From positions 4,047 to 68,046 of IMG/VR virus record IMGVR_UViG_3300034019_001677: a DNA stretch of 64,000 nt; one strand, written 5' to 3'. A model generated the notes under the pieces. It was given only the letters and a program-made list of their open reading frames with translations, did not search any database and was not told the DNA's origin. Shown in pieces: positions 1 to 10,550 of this stretch. Position 1 is the stretch's first letter; each line of letters starts with the position of its first letter. The stretch is from a virus. The translations under genes and the position numbers were made by a program.

Positions 1-3000
1 GGCCAGAGTCGTTGTCAGCAGGCTCGGCACCAGTCGATGTGAGCAGGTGGATGTGATTTGGCAAGTAACGAGTATTGGTGGAGTTTTGATGCCAGGTCCT
101 GGTGGCAGGATTTGATTGATCCTGCAGGTAGCTGACCCTTGAGCCTATCTGATCAATCACCACAGGCTCAGCAGTGATCGGCCCGAGGAATGTGTGATGG
201 AACTGGCGCCAAGTCCAGGGTGCTGCAACTGACGTTGATCCATAGTGCGTATCGCCAGACATCGGCACGTCATTTGTTACCCCCATGCCGGCGCTGGAAA
301 TGGTCGTATTCCCGCGCAGATAAAGGGCGCTCCACCGCAGCTGGACCAGCCCGTTGGTTGCGATGTACGGCGGACGAGCGGCACCAAGTGAATCCTTGCG
401 CGAAGGCAGCGGCGAGCCGAACACAATGCCGCGCAGGTCTGCCACGTCGGTGGGGTTGCCCTCTAGCTGGATTGGCGGGGTGGTGGTCCAACTGTCGTAC
501 GCCGGGTTGCGGCCATTGCTGATCCGCAGCTGGTTCAGGAATGTATCAACGTTCGTGGCGGTGTTGGTGGTGAATGCACCGCTGGGGAGCGTGACGCTGC
601 CAGTAATGAACTGCCCTGCGGTGATTGCGCCTTCAGCCACCAGCTTGATCAACTCGGACACGCCCAGGAAGTGGAACCCACCACGAAAGTCCACACCACG
701 ACGCCAGCGCATTTGCCGACCGAATGTGCTTACGTGCAGCTGATTGTTGGCGGTCTGGCTGTCGCGTAAAAACAGCGTAAATGCCCTGAAATTCACCCGA
801 GTGCTGAGGTTGCCGTAACCTGAGCCATCAAACCAGGTTTCAGCGGTGGCAGGGTCGCCGGTTTCGGGGAAGATCAGCGGCCAGCCGGCCTGCGTCGGAT
901 CGCTGGCCCTGAACACCACATTGCATTCCCACACCGAAGCAGGATCGTAGAGCCCTGGCGCAATCCTGATTTCAGCGGTTTGGTTGCCGCTGCCAATCAC
1001 TGCATTCGCGTACTCCGCCGCCCGCGCCAGGGTGGGAATGGCGGCAACCGGACTGGTTGGCGGGGTGTCGAACATTTGATCCAGGGTTCGATCCGTCGCA
1101 GTGCTCTGCACGTAGATCGTGATTGTGCCGGTAGCGGCCGAGACCAGCCGTTGCGCCTGCCGCCAGCGGTTGAGGCCAGGGAGACTAACTAGCTTATTAT
1201 TTGCCCGTGATAGTTGTTCATCATTTGCTGCAATGACTGTACTGTTTAGATAATCTGCGATTGGTGCCAGTTGGCCAAACCCAAATTTGTTGGTTGTCAT
1301 GCCCATGGCATCGCCGCCATCGAGCTCGGAAACACCGTTTACGTCGAACTTACCGGTTGCCGTAAGGTTGTCAACTGTTAGATTATCGAGCCGTGTTGGC
1401 GGCGGGGTATCACCTTCTTTGCCAATGTCATCAACACCAATGACCTCGCCGGTGTCGGTGTTGATCAGCCCTTGATTGGTTACATCAAAGCCATCCTTGT
1501 TGGTGCCGCGAATTTCTACCCTGCCGCCTTGTTCTGGTGCAAAGTTTGCATTGAACTCGTTCCTGGCACTCATCGTGCGGCGCCAACGAGGCAGCGCTCT
1601 GGTGTAATTCCAGAAACCCACACCGTTAAGATTCTGCCCCAGCAGCTGGATGAAGCTGGGCTGTCGAAACTCCAGGGCCCAGTTGGCGCGGCCACTGGCA
1701 GCACCACCACTTGGCGGTGTGGGAAAGTCTGTGGCAGATGCGGGATCGAGCTCGCGGCTTGCTTCCGTACGCGGCACCAGGGCGTTGTGCGCAGCCGTGC
1801 TGCTGAAGCCCAGAGCCAGGAGCATGGCCAGTGCGCCGCGATAGTCGGTAGCGCTGCGCAGCTGATCGCGCACGCTGCCGGAGCTGGTGTAGATGGTGGC
1901 CCAGTTGATGCCGCAGGTGGTGGTCAGGTCAGTGCCGCCGTCGGTATCGGTGTCGAAAATCAGCTGCGGCGCTTCCAGAGAGGTTGGATCCTCGGCGTTG
2001 TAGTCCGACGCCTGCTGCACATAGGATTCCTGCCAGAAAGCCTCATCAGGCGTGCTTCCAGCGGAAACATGTGTGACGGTGGCGGTGAAGTGCTTGCCGG
2101 CATGCTTTACCGTTTCCCCCTTGCGATAGAAGCGGCCGGCGGCGTAGACCTCATCGGGACAGGAGCGGCGGATTGTGATCTCCGCCGACATCACCACCCC
2201 GGCACCTTCCGCTGGAATCTTGGTGGTCGTGGTCACGGCCAGCACCTCAGCACCACCAGGGGCCAGCACGCGATCAATGCCGCCGCCAGTCACCCCAGGC
2301 CGGGTCTGAAGAATGCTGTTGCGCACCGGCACCCTGGAGTTGGTGGTGTTCGCCAGCCTCAGCGATACCCGCCGCTGCGCAGAGCTGCGGTTGTCCCACA
2401 ACCGCCGGATGTAGACCTTCCGACCGACTGCCAAGGATGCTCCACCCGTTGCCGTGCCAATCGGGAGGTTGGTGCCGGCTTGCAGCGCCGCACCTGTGAT
2501 GTCGATCTCGGTAGCTGAGGTGCTGACCCAGGCATTGGCCGCCAGAGTGGCGCGCCAATCGGGGCCCCCTGGGTTCTCAATCCAGATCAGCGTGCCAGCG
2601 GGCAGCGAGTAGCCCTGAGCGGCCAGCACGGCGGGTATAGCCGGATCATCGCTAGGGGCCAGCGGCAGCTGAAGCGTGATCAGGCTGCCCGAAATGGCAG
2701 CCACGTTGCCGAGGCCAATCTGCCGCACGTTGCCGGTCTGATCGGCCACGCTGCGCGCCACCTTCAGGCGCCTGAGGTTCCAGTTCTGATCCAGCGGGTC
2801 GCTGTTGGGGGCATAGCCCTTGGCCACGGCAACGCAGCCACCGAAGTTGCTGGTGGAGTTGCTGAACTCCAGCTGGGCGCCGCTATCGGCAAAGTGATGG
2901 CGGCCAGCACCGATGGCAAACACGCTCACCATTTGCCCGAAGGCGCCGCTGATCAGGCTGACGTGGCGACTCATCCGCTGCGGCTTCATCCGCACGTCGT

Positions 3001-4186
3001 CGGCCTCGCTGTCGATCAGCTCCTGGTAGTTCACCGGCGCACGCCAGGCGCCCTCCCGGTAAATCTGCCAGCAGCTGAGATCGCGCTGCACGGAGATGCC
3101 GGTGAACTGGGCGATCACGATGGATTTCAGGCCCGTAACGCGGGCGCCATCCCAGAACGCTCCGCCCATGCCCCACTCGGTGCGCAGCGAGCAGTTGTAG
3201 ACGTAAGGGCTGGCGCCCTTCACTGTGTCGGACGCCTCCGAAGGGTTGGCGCCGAACGGGCCCACAATTTCGTATTCCGACAGGCGGGGGACGGCCAGGG
3301 CGTTGGAGATGTTGCCGCTGTTGCTGGCGCCGCCCATGGCGGTGCGCACCTTGGCGTAGAGCTGATTCAGATCCGCCTGGCTGGCGGCCTGAAAGCAATC
3401 GATGAGGTGGTGGCTGGAGTTGGCGCCCAGCTGGTCACGAAACGTAAGCCCGTAGACGTAGCTGGTGTTGGTGATCTTGAGGATTGCCGCTCGGTTGCTG
3501 TAGTCGACTGCCTCATCCGCCGCGGCCGGCACCCAGGAGGGCCTCACCGTGCATTGCCTGAGGCTGAGCGGGGCGCTGGCAGTGGCGTAACGGGGCAGAA
3601 CAATTCCGCCGCTGTTGGGGTTGAAGGCGATCAGGTGGTTTGGTGTGGGGTCAAACCCCTCGGCCGGCCATTCGGTGATCGGAATGGCGCTGGGGCTGTT
3701 GCCGGGGTCGTTGTAGAAAATATGTGTGCCCGGGGCAAACTCAACCGCTGGGCAGTCAACCTGAGCGTCTTCTGAATTGAGGGTGAAATAACTCTTGCTG
3801 GTGGCCAGGACGATCTCAATCGCCACCCGGTTGATGGTGCGGAACGGTCGCTGCTTGCTGTAGCCACAGGTAAGGCGCTGGTTTTCGAGGCGCCTGAGCT
3901 TGGCCCTGATCTTGGCGGCGTCGCTGGCGCCGGCCGGCTCCTCAAACCAGTTGTAGGAACCACCCACGAAACGGTCCGTGCCGATGTAGGGGTTGACGTA
4001 GATCGTGAACGGGCTGTTGAGCGGATCGGCCGGCTCGGAATTGCCCGGGGCAATATTGGCGTTGCCCACCAGCTGCAGCAGGGCATCCACCACCGCCGAG
4101 AGCTGATCCTTTGCCCGCAGCTGCCCACCAGCACCCACGGCGTTGCGAATGCCGGCAAGGGCGTTGGCGACGCTGATCCGAGCCAT
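1..4186 (-). CDS. Large tail fibre/receptor-binding structural protein (>1390 aa, runs off the left edge)
   Basis: ATG at 4186 (MARISVANALAGIRNAVG...FTIYVNPYIG). The same frame is open at the left edge. It is absent from the ORF track, consistent with a stop outside the window. Located after the tail-tip genes. Confidence 0.75.
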   Translation of the reverse strand, partial: MARISVANALAGIRNAVGAGGQLRAKDQLSAVVDALLQLVGNANIAPGNSEPADPLNSPFTIYVNPYIGTDRFVGGSYNWFEEPAGASDAAKIRAKLRRLENQRLTCGYSKQRPFRTINRVAIEIVLATSKSYFTLNSEDAQVDCPAVEFAPGTHIFYNDPGNSPSAIPITEWPAEGFDPTPNHLIAFNPNSGGIVLPRYATASAPLSLRQCTVRPSWVPAAADEAVDYSNRAAILKITNTSYVYGLTFRDQLGANSSHHLIDCFQAASQADLNQLYAKVRTAMGGASNSGNISNALAVPRLSEYEIVGPFGANPSEASDTVKGASPYVYNCSLRTEWGMGGAFWDGARVTGLKSIVIAQFTGISVQRDLSCWQIYREGAWRAPVNYQELIDSEADDVRMKPQRMSRHVSLISGAFGQMVSVFAIGAGRHHFADSGAQLEFSNSTSNFGGCVAVAKGYAPNSDPLDQNWNLRRLKVARSVADQTGNVRQIGLGNVAAISGSLITLQLPLAPSDDPAIPAVLAAQGYSLPAGTLIWIENPGGPDWRATLAANAWVSTSATEIDITGAALQAGTNLPIGTATGGASLAVGRKVYIRRLWDNRSSAQRRVSLRLANTTNSRVPVRNSILQTRPGVTGGGIDRVLAPGGAEVLAVTTTTKIPAEGAGVVMSAEITIRRSCPDEVYAAGRFYRKGETVKHAGKHFTATVTHVSAGSTPDEAFWQESYVQQASDYNAEDPTSLEAPQLIFDTDTDGGTDLTTTCGINWATIYTSSGSVRDQLRSATDYRGALAMLLALGFSSTAAHNALVPRTEASRELDPASATDFPTPPSGGAASGRANWALEFRQPSFIQLLGQNLNGVGFWNYTRALPRWRRTMSARNEFNANFAPEQGGRVEIRGTNKDGFDVTNQGLINTDTGEVIGVDDIGKEGDTPPPTRLDNLTVDNLTATGKFDVNGVSELDGGDAMGMTTNKFGFGQLAPIADYLNSTVIAANDEQLSRANNKLVSLPGLNRWRQAQRLVSAATGTITIYVQSTATDRTLDQMFDTPPTSPVAAIPTLARAAEYANAVIGSGNQTAEIRIAPGLYDPASVWECNVVFRASDPTQAGWPLIFPETGDPATAETWFDGSGYGNLSTRVNFRAFTLFLRDSQTANNQLHVSTFGRQMRWRRGVDFRGGFHFLGVSELIKLVAEGAITAGQFITGSVTLPSGAFTTNTATNVDTFLNQLRISNGRNPAYDSWTTTPPIQLEGNPTDVADLRGIVFGSPLPSRKDSLGAARPPYIATNGLVQLRWSALYLRGNTTISSAGMGVTNDVPMSGDTHYGSTSVAAPWTWRQFHHTFLGPITAEPVVIDQIGSRVSYLQDQSNPATRTWHQNSTNTRYLPNHIHLLTSTGAEPADNDSG

Positions 4187-4209
4187 CTGCTGCTGCTTCT
4201 CCCCGCAGG

Positions 4210-5292
4210 CTAGGCAGGGTCCATCTCTGACAAGGGATGAGTCCGATCAGCGATGACGTGGCGCACGTCGCCGATTGCTGCGAACTGGCCGGAGATCTTC
4301 ATCGTGTCGCCGGCCCGGGCCGACAGCCTCGTTTTGGTGAGGGCGATGTCGAACTCATAGAAGAGGCATTCCTCGCGAATAAACGCATGGCCATTGGAGT
4401 GGCCTCGCCGGCCATCGGCCACCAGCAGGCGGATTGTGGCGGTGCTGCCGTGCCGGCTGAGCTGCTGCAGCCTGAGCATCGCGGCGCCGGAGCTGACGCC
4501 AGGGCTGTAGGTGTTGCTCACCTCGCCAACGAACGAACCAGCGCCTGATGCCTGGCTGGCGATCACCGACCCAAAGGCCTCGCCGATCGCCTCGGTTTTG
4601 AGCATGCCGGCGTCGTCTTCCAGGTCCCATTCGAGAAGATCGGCTTGCCGTTTCCAGCCTCGCTCGTCCGCATCGGCGCCGGCCTCCTGGATCACCGCCG
4701 GCAGGGCCGGCACCAGATCGGCCAGCAGGCTCTCGGGCTCCTCGGGCCGGGGCAGGGCCAGGGCCAGGGCGAGCAGGGCCTCGGCGTAGCCGTTGCGGGT
4801 GCTGGCGACGCTGAGAATCAGCCGATCAAAGCCCACCAGCCGCAGGGGCAGCCGGCTCAGCTCGCCGCCGTTCACGGCAGACACCTCGAGGCTGTAGAAG
4901 GTGGCCCGCTCCAGCGCATCGCGGTGGATGAACACCGTGGCCTGCTGGGCAAAGCCCACCGTGCCGGCATGCTCCCAGAAGGTGGCGTTGTCGTCGGGCC
5001 CCCAGAACGGGGCATCGGCGCCGAGCCGGTGCGCGGTGGCCGGGCCTCCGGAGGCTGCATCGCCCCAGAAGGTGTGGCCATCGGGGCAGTTGGCGTAGCC
5101 GGTGCCGAGCACGTCGAGCGGCAGGCCCAGGGGAGCGGTGAGCAGCACCTGGTCGCCGTTGAGAAAGCCGGGCTCCTCCAACCGCAGGCGCACCACCGTG
5201 GCGGGCGCATCGATCACCGCATCGGTGAGCACCACCGCCGGCGGCCAGCTGCGGCTGAGGCTGAGGGTGCCGATCGTGCCGTCGATCGCCAT
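4210..5292 (-). CDS. Tail/baseplate-associated protein; C-terminal half looks tail-tube-like
   Basis: 360-aa ORF in the tail operon, 3 nt from the neighbouring gene. Confidence 0.6.
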   Translation of the reverse strand: MAIDGTIGTLSLSRSWPPAVVLTDAVIDAPATVVRLRLEEPGFLNGDQVLLTAPLGLPLDVLGTGYANCPDGHTFWGDAASGGPATAHRLGADAPFWGPDDNATFWEHAGTVGFAQQATVFIHRDALERATFYSLEVSAVNGGELSRLPLRLVGFDRLILSVASTRNGYAEALLALALALPRPEEPESLLADLVPALPAVIQEAGADADERGWKRQADLLEWDLEDDAGMLKTEAIGEAFGSVIASQASGAGSFVGEVSNTYSPGVSSGAAMLRLQQLSRHGSTATIRLLVADGRRGHSNGHAFIREECLFYEFDIALTKTRLSARAGDTMKISGQFAAIGDVRHVIADRTHPLSEMDPA

Positions 5293-5295
5293 CGA

Positions 5296-5694
5296 TCAGA
5301 AGCGACCGCTCATGTCGCCGTTCACCCGCATGCTGAGCGAGCAGGCGATCAATTCGCGCACCCGCACGGGTGCACCGAGAGAGGCCGTCAGCACCTCCAT
5401 CGTGAAATCTCCACGGGTGGAGCCTCGGCGGGTGACGATGCGCAGGGTGTCAAGGGCTTCGTTGTCGTCCCAGATGCTGTTGGCCATTGCGCATGCGGCG
5501 GCGTTGTCGGGGTCGTAGAGGAAGGTGCAGCTCAGCTGGGTGGAGCGCACCCCCTTGGCCACAGTGCCCGCGGCCTGTCCGATGCCTGTCGTTTCAAGCT
5601 CATCGCGGGAAACCGTGGGCGTTACATCTGTGATCTTCCCCACCAGCGAGCCGTTCCAGTACACATCACTCTGGGTCGTGTTCCTGACGCCCAT
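5296..5694 (-). CDS. Minor tail-tube-like protein
   Basis: 132 aa; 'VGKITDVTPTVSRDELETT...SCTFLYD...SLSMRVNG' fits a tail-tube beta-sandwich pattern. Confidence 0.6.
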   Translation of the reverse strand: MGVRNTTQSDVYWNGSLVGKITDVTPTVSRDELETTGIGQAAGTVAKGVRSTQLSCTFLYDPDNAAACAMANSIWDDNEALDTLRIVTRRGSTRGDFTMEVLTASLGAPVRVRELIACSLSMRVNGDMSGRF

Positions 5695-5740
5695 TTCTGG
5701 TTGGCTTCATACCTCATCAGGAGGCTAGGCAGGGCCAGGC

Positions 5741-6160
5741 CTATGGACTGTTCTGCAGCCGTGCCTGGAGCTGCACCGGCAGGTTGCAGCGGCGGCGGTA
5801 GACCAGGCTTTGCTGCGGCGTGGGGGCGTCCTGCCCCACAGGCCAAAACCACTTCAGGCCCGCTCCGGTGGTAACCGACTCGATGAAGGTCCGATCGGTG
5901 CTCGAGTAGCCGGCAAAGAGGATGTCGGGCAGGTCCAGGTCCAGTACGCCGGAATAGCTGGCGTGGAAGCTGGCGAGGATCAAGGTGGCGGCGTCCGTGC
6001 GGATGTTGCTGAACTCCAGATCAAACACCCCCCGCACCGCCACCGTGCCCCAGAGGCGCTGGTCTTCAAAGCCGGCCTCGCTCATCGCGCTGGTCACCGG
6101 ATGGCGGGGCATGGTGAACCTGAAGCCCGTGGGTTCGATGGCAGGGAAGGGGATACCCAT
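5741..6160 (-). CDS. Distal/minor tail protein (Dit/gpM-like)
   Basis: ATG at 6160 overlaps the stop of the J-like gene; size and position fit. Confidence 0.55.
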   Translation of the reverse strand: MGIPFPAIEPTGFRFTMPRHPVTSAMSEAGFEDQRLWGTVAVRGVFDLEFSNIRTDAATLILASFHASYSGVLDLDLPDILFAGYSSTDRTFIESVTTGAGLKWFWPVGQDAPTPQQSLVYRRRCNLPVQLQARLQNSP

Positions 6161-9100
6161 CAGCCGCGGATCACCCACGCACTCGGCGAATCCCAATCTA
6201 GGGAAATCAGCTGGCGGTTTTGCTCGTTGGTGGGCATGAGCACCGCCTCGATTTTCTGCCGGCCGTCATCGGTGGGGGTGACGCGCATCACCCGGAATGT
6301 CCGCACCTGGGGAGGGGCAGTACGGGTCCACTGGGTGCCCAGCAGGTTGCCGCGGGTGCCGCCGCCGCTCACCGTCAGGGTCTGAATGGTGGGACCCGGC
6401 GGTGTGGTGCCATCCCAGGCCAGCACCTGGTAGCTGCCGTCCTCGAGCGGTTCGGAGGCCACCAGGGTGCCATCGGGCAACACCGCGCCGTTTGACCAGA
6501 GGTCGTTGAGCTCCTCGTCGAAGGCCACCGCAATGTGATCCTCCGGCGCAATCGGCCGCAAGATGCCCGCGTAGGTGGTTTCAAAGCTGATCGGGTCTCC
6601 CACCAGCCGCCGCCAGCGGATCAGCAGTTTGGCCGCATCGATCAGATGCCAGCGATTGGTGCAGCTGGCCTTCATGTCCAGCGGCTCCACAGGGTCGCTG
6701 TCGCTGGCGGATGCCTCGCGGATCGTGATCTCCCGCACGGTGGAGAACACCCCGGGAGACAGCAGGTCGTCATTGCTGCGCTCCTCCCGGTACAGCCCGC
6801 TCACCTGGATCGGTCGCCGCTGGTCGTCGTCGCTGGTGGTGGACTGGAAGGTGCCTTTCTTGATGTTCTGAGCGGTGAACAGGTCTTTGATCTCCACCGG
6901 ATCAAACGACAACGCCGGCTTGAAATAGAACTTCCCATTCAGTTCATAGAACGCGAGCAAATGCAGGCTGGCCTGGTCTGCTGCCCACTGCCGCAGGTTC
7001 TCCGGCTCCGGCAAAGAACCATCAAAGAAATACCGTCGATCAAAGCACCACTGGGCGGAAGTCAGAAAACTGGGTGCGTCGATCTGTTCGGCGCTCACGT
7101 CCTGCCCAGCGCCAAATCGTGGGCTCAAAGCCAACCGAGAGAAGATGTCGGGCAGCAGATGGGTGGGGCCATCGCTGGCCTCGATGTAACGGGGGCAGAT
7201 GTGGCCGCCGATGATCTGGGCTGAGAGCTGATTCACGCTCTGAAGCTCCAGGGCCGAGCGGATGTTTTGCCCTACCAGAGCAATGTTCGAGTAGCTGGGT
7301 GCGGTGGGGTTGGTCTCGATGATGTTCACATAGCCGATCTCATGCTCTGGCCCCTGGTTGGCGGTGCTTTGGATCTCGTCGTAAACAAAACTTTCCGCCA
7401 ACTTCCCCCACGGATCGACAAGGTTTTCACCATCGCTCCAACCCAACCCCAAATCGGTCTTGCCAATGATGGCGGTGCCGGCCCAGTTGGTGGTGGGGCC
7501 GTTAATTTGCGTTGCAGTAATCACACCACTCCCATTGCTGGTGATGCTGACGGGAGCACCGTCAGCGGTGAGGCCGAGGTTAAATTCCGTCTCGGCTGGT
7601 TTGCTCACCACGAAATAGGTAGTGGAGCTGTTCAGCCCATTTGGCAGACTGCCGGTACTGGAAAGGGTCACACGGTTGCCAATCCGCGGTGCAGGCTCCC
7701 CGTCTTCAACCATCGCGAATTGGTTGAAGACAAATGGGTCGGCAGGGACTAGCTCAACTACGAAACTGCGGGTGGCGATTACTGGGAACGGAGCAGAACC
7801 CCCGGGCTTGCCATTGGCCAAGGTGATCGGTCCCACTTCATAGCCGCTTCCCCGGTTGGTAACATTGATATTGGAACTGTTGAAGCCACCGGAGCTCGGC
7901 ACGGTCACGGTGACCCGGCCGCCCAGGTCGATGCCGCCTTGCAACACCTGCACACCGGTGTAGACCCCAGGCACAGCCCCCACAGCAGCGGTGGTGGTGG
8001 TCAAGCCGGCCAGGGCGTCACGCCGATCCGGTTCGATGGAACGGAGATCAAAGCGCTTTTGGGTTCTGGCAAACGGCGCCTTGCCCAGGTAGCGCACCGT
8101 GCAATCGCCATCTACAACGGTCCGCAGGCTGGTTATGCGGCTGTCGAGTACAGCCAGCAGGCCAGTGGCGGTGCCGGAGCGAATCTCCCAGCCGCTGAGC
8201 GGTTCCAAACGGATCTGCGCACAGCGTGCATTGGCGGGCAACTCCAGCTGTATTTGATTGTTCTGGGCCTGCTGCGTCAGCCCCCGCACGCCATAGATGG
8301 TGGGCAACTCCACAAACGTCGCCTGGCCCTCGGGGCGATAGCTGAGGCGAAGGAACGAGTAGCGCTCCTCGGGGATATTGATGGTTGCACCCCTGTACTG
8401 GGAAACCTTCGGCTTCTCGCCCGACGGCAGGTTTTCGCCCTCTTGCTGCCCACCAGCAAGGCGATTGATCTCCTGCAGGGTGGGACACTTGCGAAGGTTG
8501 GCGAAGCCGCTGGTACGCATCCCCAAGGTGCTGCGGATGCCAATCTCAATGATGCGTGCGGGCTTGGTCAGGGTGAAATCGGCAATGGCACAGCGATGAA
8601 GGTGAGGGCGGCTGGTGCCAGTGGCGTAGCGGGGCCCGGAATCCACAGCGGACCAGTCCCAGTCCTGTTCAGGGCCAACCCGCTCGGGGAACTGTTCGGT
8701 GCCAGTGGCAGCCGGATCAATCTCCGAGTTGGGCGTCACGTAGATCGTGCCGGCGCGCACCACCCGGAAACGGGCGGTGATGTTCTGGCCATCACCCACC
8801 GGCTCGTTGTCGGCGTTGGAGGAGAAGAGATCATTGGACGGTGTGCGCTGCTCCAGCACTGCCAAGCAGCTGCCGGCCTTGAACAGCTCTCCCACCTGCA
8901 GGGCATCATCAGCACTGCGTTGGCGTGCACTGATCGCCGCGGCCACATCAGTGCAGTTTTCGCGGTGCTTGATATTGCTGTCGGTGTTGGTCTTGTCGAA
9001 CTTCAATCTGGTGTTGGCATCGCTACTTTTCGAGAGCAAGTAGTCGAACGTGGCACCGACGGGCAGGGTGACCAATCCACTTGCCCCGCCGATTGAGGTG

Positions 9101-10110
9101 TCGACCACGCCGCTGCGGCCGGACCACATCCGCTTGGCCTTCCAGATTGAGCCGAGTGCCACCGGATCATCAACCGGATCGATGGTCTGATTGCCGCTGC
9201 TGCCCCGTGGTTTGGTGGTGATCTGCCGTGTGGCCTGCATCTCGGGGTTTATCCGCAGGCCCAGCCCGTTGCCGATGGTGGCGTAGAGCCCGCAGGCGGT
9301 AGAGCTGCTGGGGCGTGCGGTTGCGCAGGCATCGGGGCGGATCACGCCGCCGGTGCTGCGCACCTGGAAGACATCGCCGCCGCCGTCGTTCTCCATGTTG
9401 CCGATGTCTTTGGCGGCAAGGCGGCCGGCAATGCGATCGGTGGAACGGATCCGCCCGCCGCCCAGGCGGGCGTAGACGGTGACGCGGGCGGCGGCCTCAT
9501 TGGCGGCGGCGGTGCCGAGGTCGTAGGAGCGGAGGGGGTTGTTGCCGATGGCAAAGCCGGCCGAGTCGACCTCGGCCATCGGCCCTTCGCCCAGCATGTA
9601 GAGCGCGCGAAAAAGCTGGCCGCCGTCAACGGCCACCAGTTGAGACCACAGGAGCTCCAGATCGACGCGGCAGCCGCCGTACCAGCCCGCGGGCCGGCCA
9701 TTGAGGGCGGGCAAATACTCACGCCGGGCGAACACGATGGGGATGACACTGCCAAGCCGCGCCACCTCCTGGGTGGAATCGAAGCCGGGCCGTGGGGCGT
9801 AGCGCGCGCTGCGGCTGATGTTGTCGGCCCGGTTGGTCTTGGAGATGAATCGCCCGGGCTGCCTCGGCTTGGGCGCCAACAGAGTGGACAGCACCGTGTA
9901 GCCCGTTGAGAGGATGGTGGTGGCCAGCGAGATGATCGCCCAGGTAGCGGCGGGCGTTGGACCGCAGGTGGCCAGTGGCGGGTTCCGCGTGTATTCGATC
10001 GCCGCGGCCTGCTGCCGTTCGATCTGATAGCGCAGCAGCTGGTCTTCGCTCCAGCCGAGCAGCTCCGCCAGGTAGGCGTCGCCAGGAAGGGGGCGGGGAT
10101 GGCGCGTCAC
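6160..10110 (-). CDS. Central tail tip / host-specificity protein (gpJ-like)
   Basis: About 1316 aa from GTG 10110; 'ARLGSVIPIVF', 'DAPSFLTSAQWC..FFDG' are J-like tail-tip motifs; follows L- and K-like genes. Confidence 0.8.
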   Translation of the reverse strand: MTRHPRPLPGDAYLAELLGWSEDQLLRYQIERQQAAAIEYTRNPPLATCGPTPAATWAIISLATTILSTGYTVLSTLLAPKPRQPGRFISKTNRADNISRSARYAPRPGFDSTQEVARLGSVIPIVFARREYLPALNGRPAGWYGGCRVDLELLWSQLVAVDGGQLFRALYMLGEGPMAEVDSAGFAIGNNPLRSYDLGTAAANEAAARVTVYARLGGGRIRSTDRIAGRLAAKDIGNMENDGGGDVFQVRSTGGVIRPDACATARPSSSTACGLYATIGNGLGLRINPEMQATRQITTKPRGSSGNQTIDPVDDPVALGSIWKAKRMWSGRSGVVDTSIGGASGLVTLPVGATFDYLLSKSSDANTRLKFDKTNTDSNIKHRENCTDVAAAISARQRSADDALQVGELFKAGSCLAVLEQRTPSNDLFSSNADNEPVGDGQNITARFRVVRAGTIYVTPNSEIDPAATGTEQFPERVGPEQDWDWSAVDSGPRYATGTSRPHLHRCAIADFTLTKPARIIEIGIRSTLGMRTSGFANLRKCPTLQEINRLAGGQQEGENLPSGEKPKVSQYRGATINIPEERYSFLRLSYRPEGQATFVELPTIYGVRGLTQQAQNNQIQLELPANARCAQIRLEPLSGWEIRSGTATGLLAVLDSRITSLRTVVDGDCTVRYLGKAPFARTQKRFDLRSIEPDRRDALAGLTTTTAAVGAVPGVYTGVQVLQGGIDLGGRVTVTVPSSGGFNSSNINVTNRGSGYEVGPITLANGKPGGSAPFPVIATRSFVVELVPADPFVFNQFAMVEDGEPAPRIGNRVTLSSTGSLPNGLNSSTTYFVVSKPAETEFNLGLTADGAPVSITSNGSGVITATQINGPTTNWAGTAIIGKTDLGLGWSDGENLVDPWGKLAESFVYDEIQSTANQGPEHEIGYVNIIETNPTAPSYSNIALVGQNIRSALELQSVNQLSAQIIGGHICPRYIEASDGPTHLLPDIFSRLALSPRFGAGQDVSAEQIDAPSFLTSAQWCFDRRYFFDGSLPEPENLRQWAADQASLHLLAFYELNGKFYFKPALSFDPVEIKDLFTAQNIKKGTFQSTTSDDDQRRPIQVSGLYREERSNDDLLSPGVFSTVREITIREASASDSDPVEPLDMKASCTNRWHLIDAAKLLIRWRRLVGDPISFETTYAGILRPIAPEDHIAVAFDEELNDLWSNGAVLPDGTLVASEPLEDGSYQVLAWDGTTPPGPTIQTLTVSGGGTRGNLLGTQWTRTAPPQVRTFRVMRVTPTDDGRQKIEAVLMPTNEQNRQLISLDWDSPSAWVIRG

Positions 10111-10550
10111 AGGATCAGGATGGGCGCGGTGGTGGATGGAGCCACAGGCAGGAAGTGAAACCAGCGGCGCACCTGGCAGGGCGCCAACGGCCTCCAGTGC
10201 ACGCCCTGGCCCTGGCAGGTGGTGAGGATTCCACCGGCCACGCACACACCCAGGGCGATCGGTTCACCGTCGGCCAGCAGCGCCACGTCGAGGGGCATGG
10301 CGCCGGGCACCGGTGTGGTGATGGCGGCAAGCTCCTCGAGCAGTGGCCGCCAGCGGCCACGGCTGGCGGCCCGATACCACTCCCGTTTGATCAGCGGCGG
10401 CCGGGGGGCGTCATAGAGGCCCAGCACGGCGATCGTGAGGCGCAAGCAGTCGGTGGCGCCATGGCGATCCGGATCCCCCCCCCAGCGGTAGGGGAGGCCC
10501 ATGTACCGCAACCAGGGGGCGGTCCGTGAGGCGTGCTGTGGCATGGGCAT
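10107..10550 (-). CDS. NlpC/P60-family tail assembly protein (gpK-like)
   Basis: 'YMGLPYRWGG...TDCLRL' NlpC/P60 catalytic Cys motif. Confidence 0.8.
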   Translation of the reverse strand: MPMPQHASRTAPWLRYMGLPYRWGGDPDRHGATDCLRLTIAVLGLYDAPRPPLIKREWYRAASRGRWRPLLEELAAITTPVPGAMPLDVALLADGEPIALGVCVAGGILTTCQGQGVHWRPLAPCQVRRWFHFLPVAPSTTAPILIL

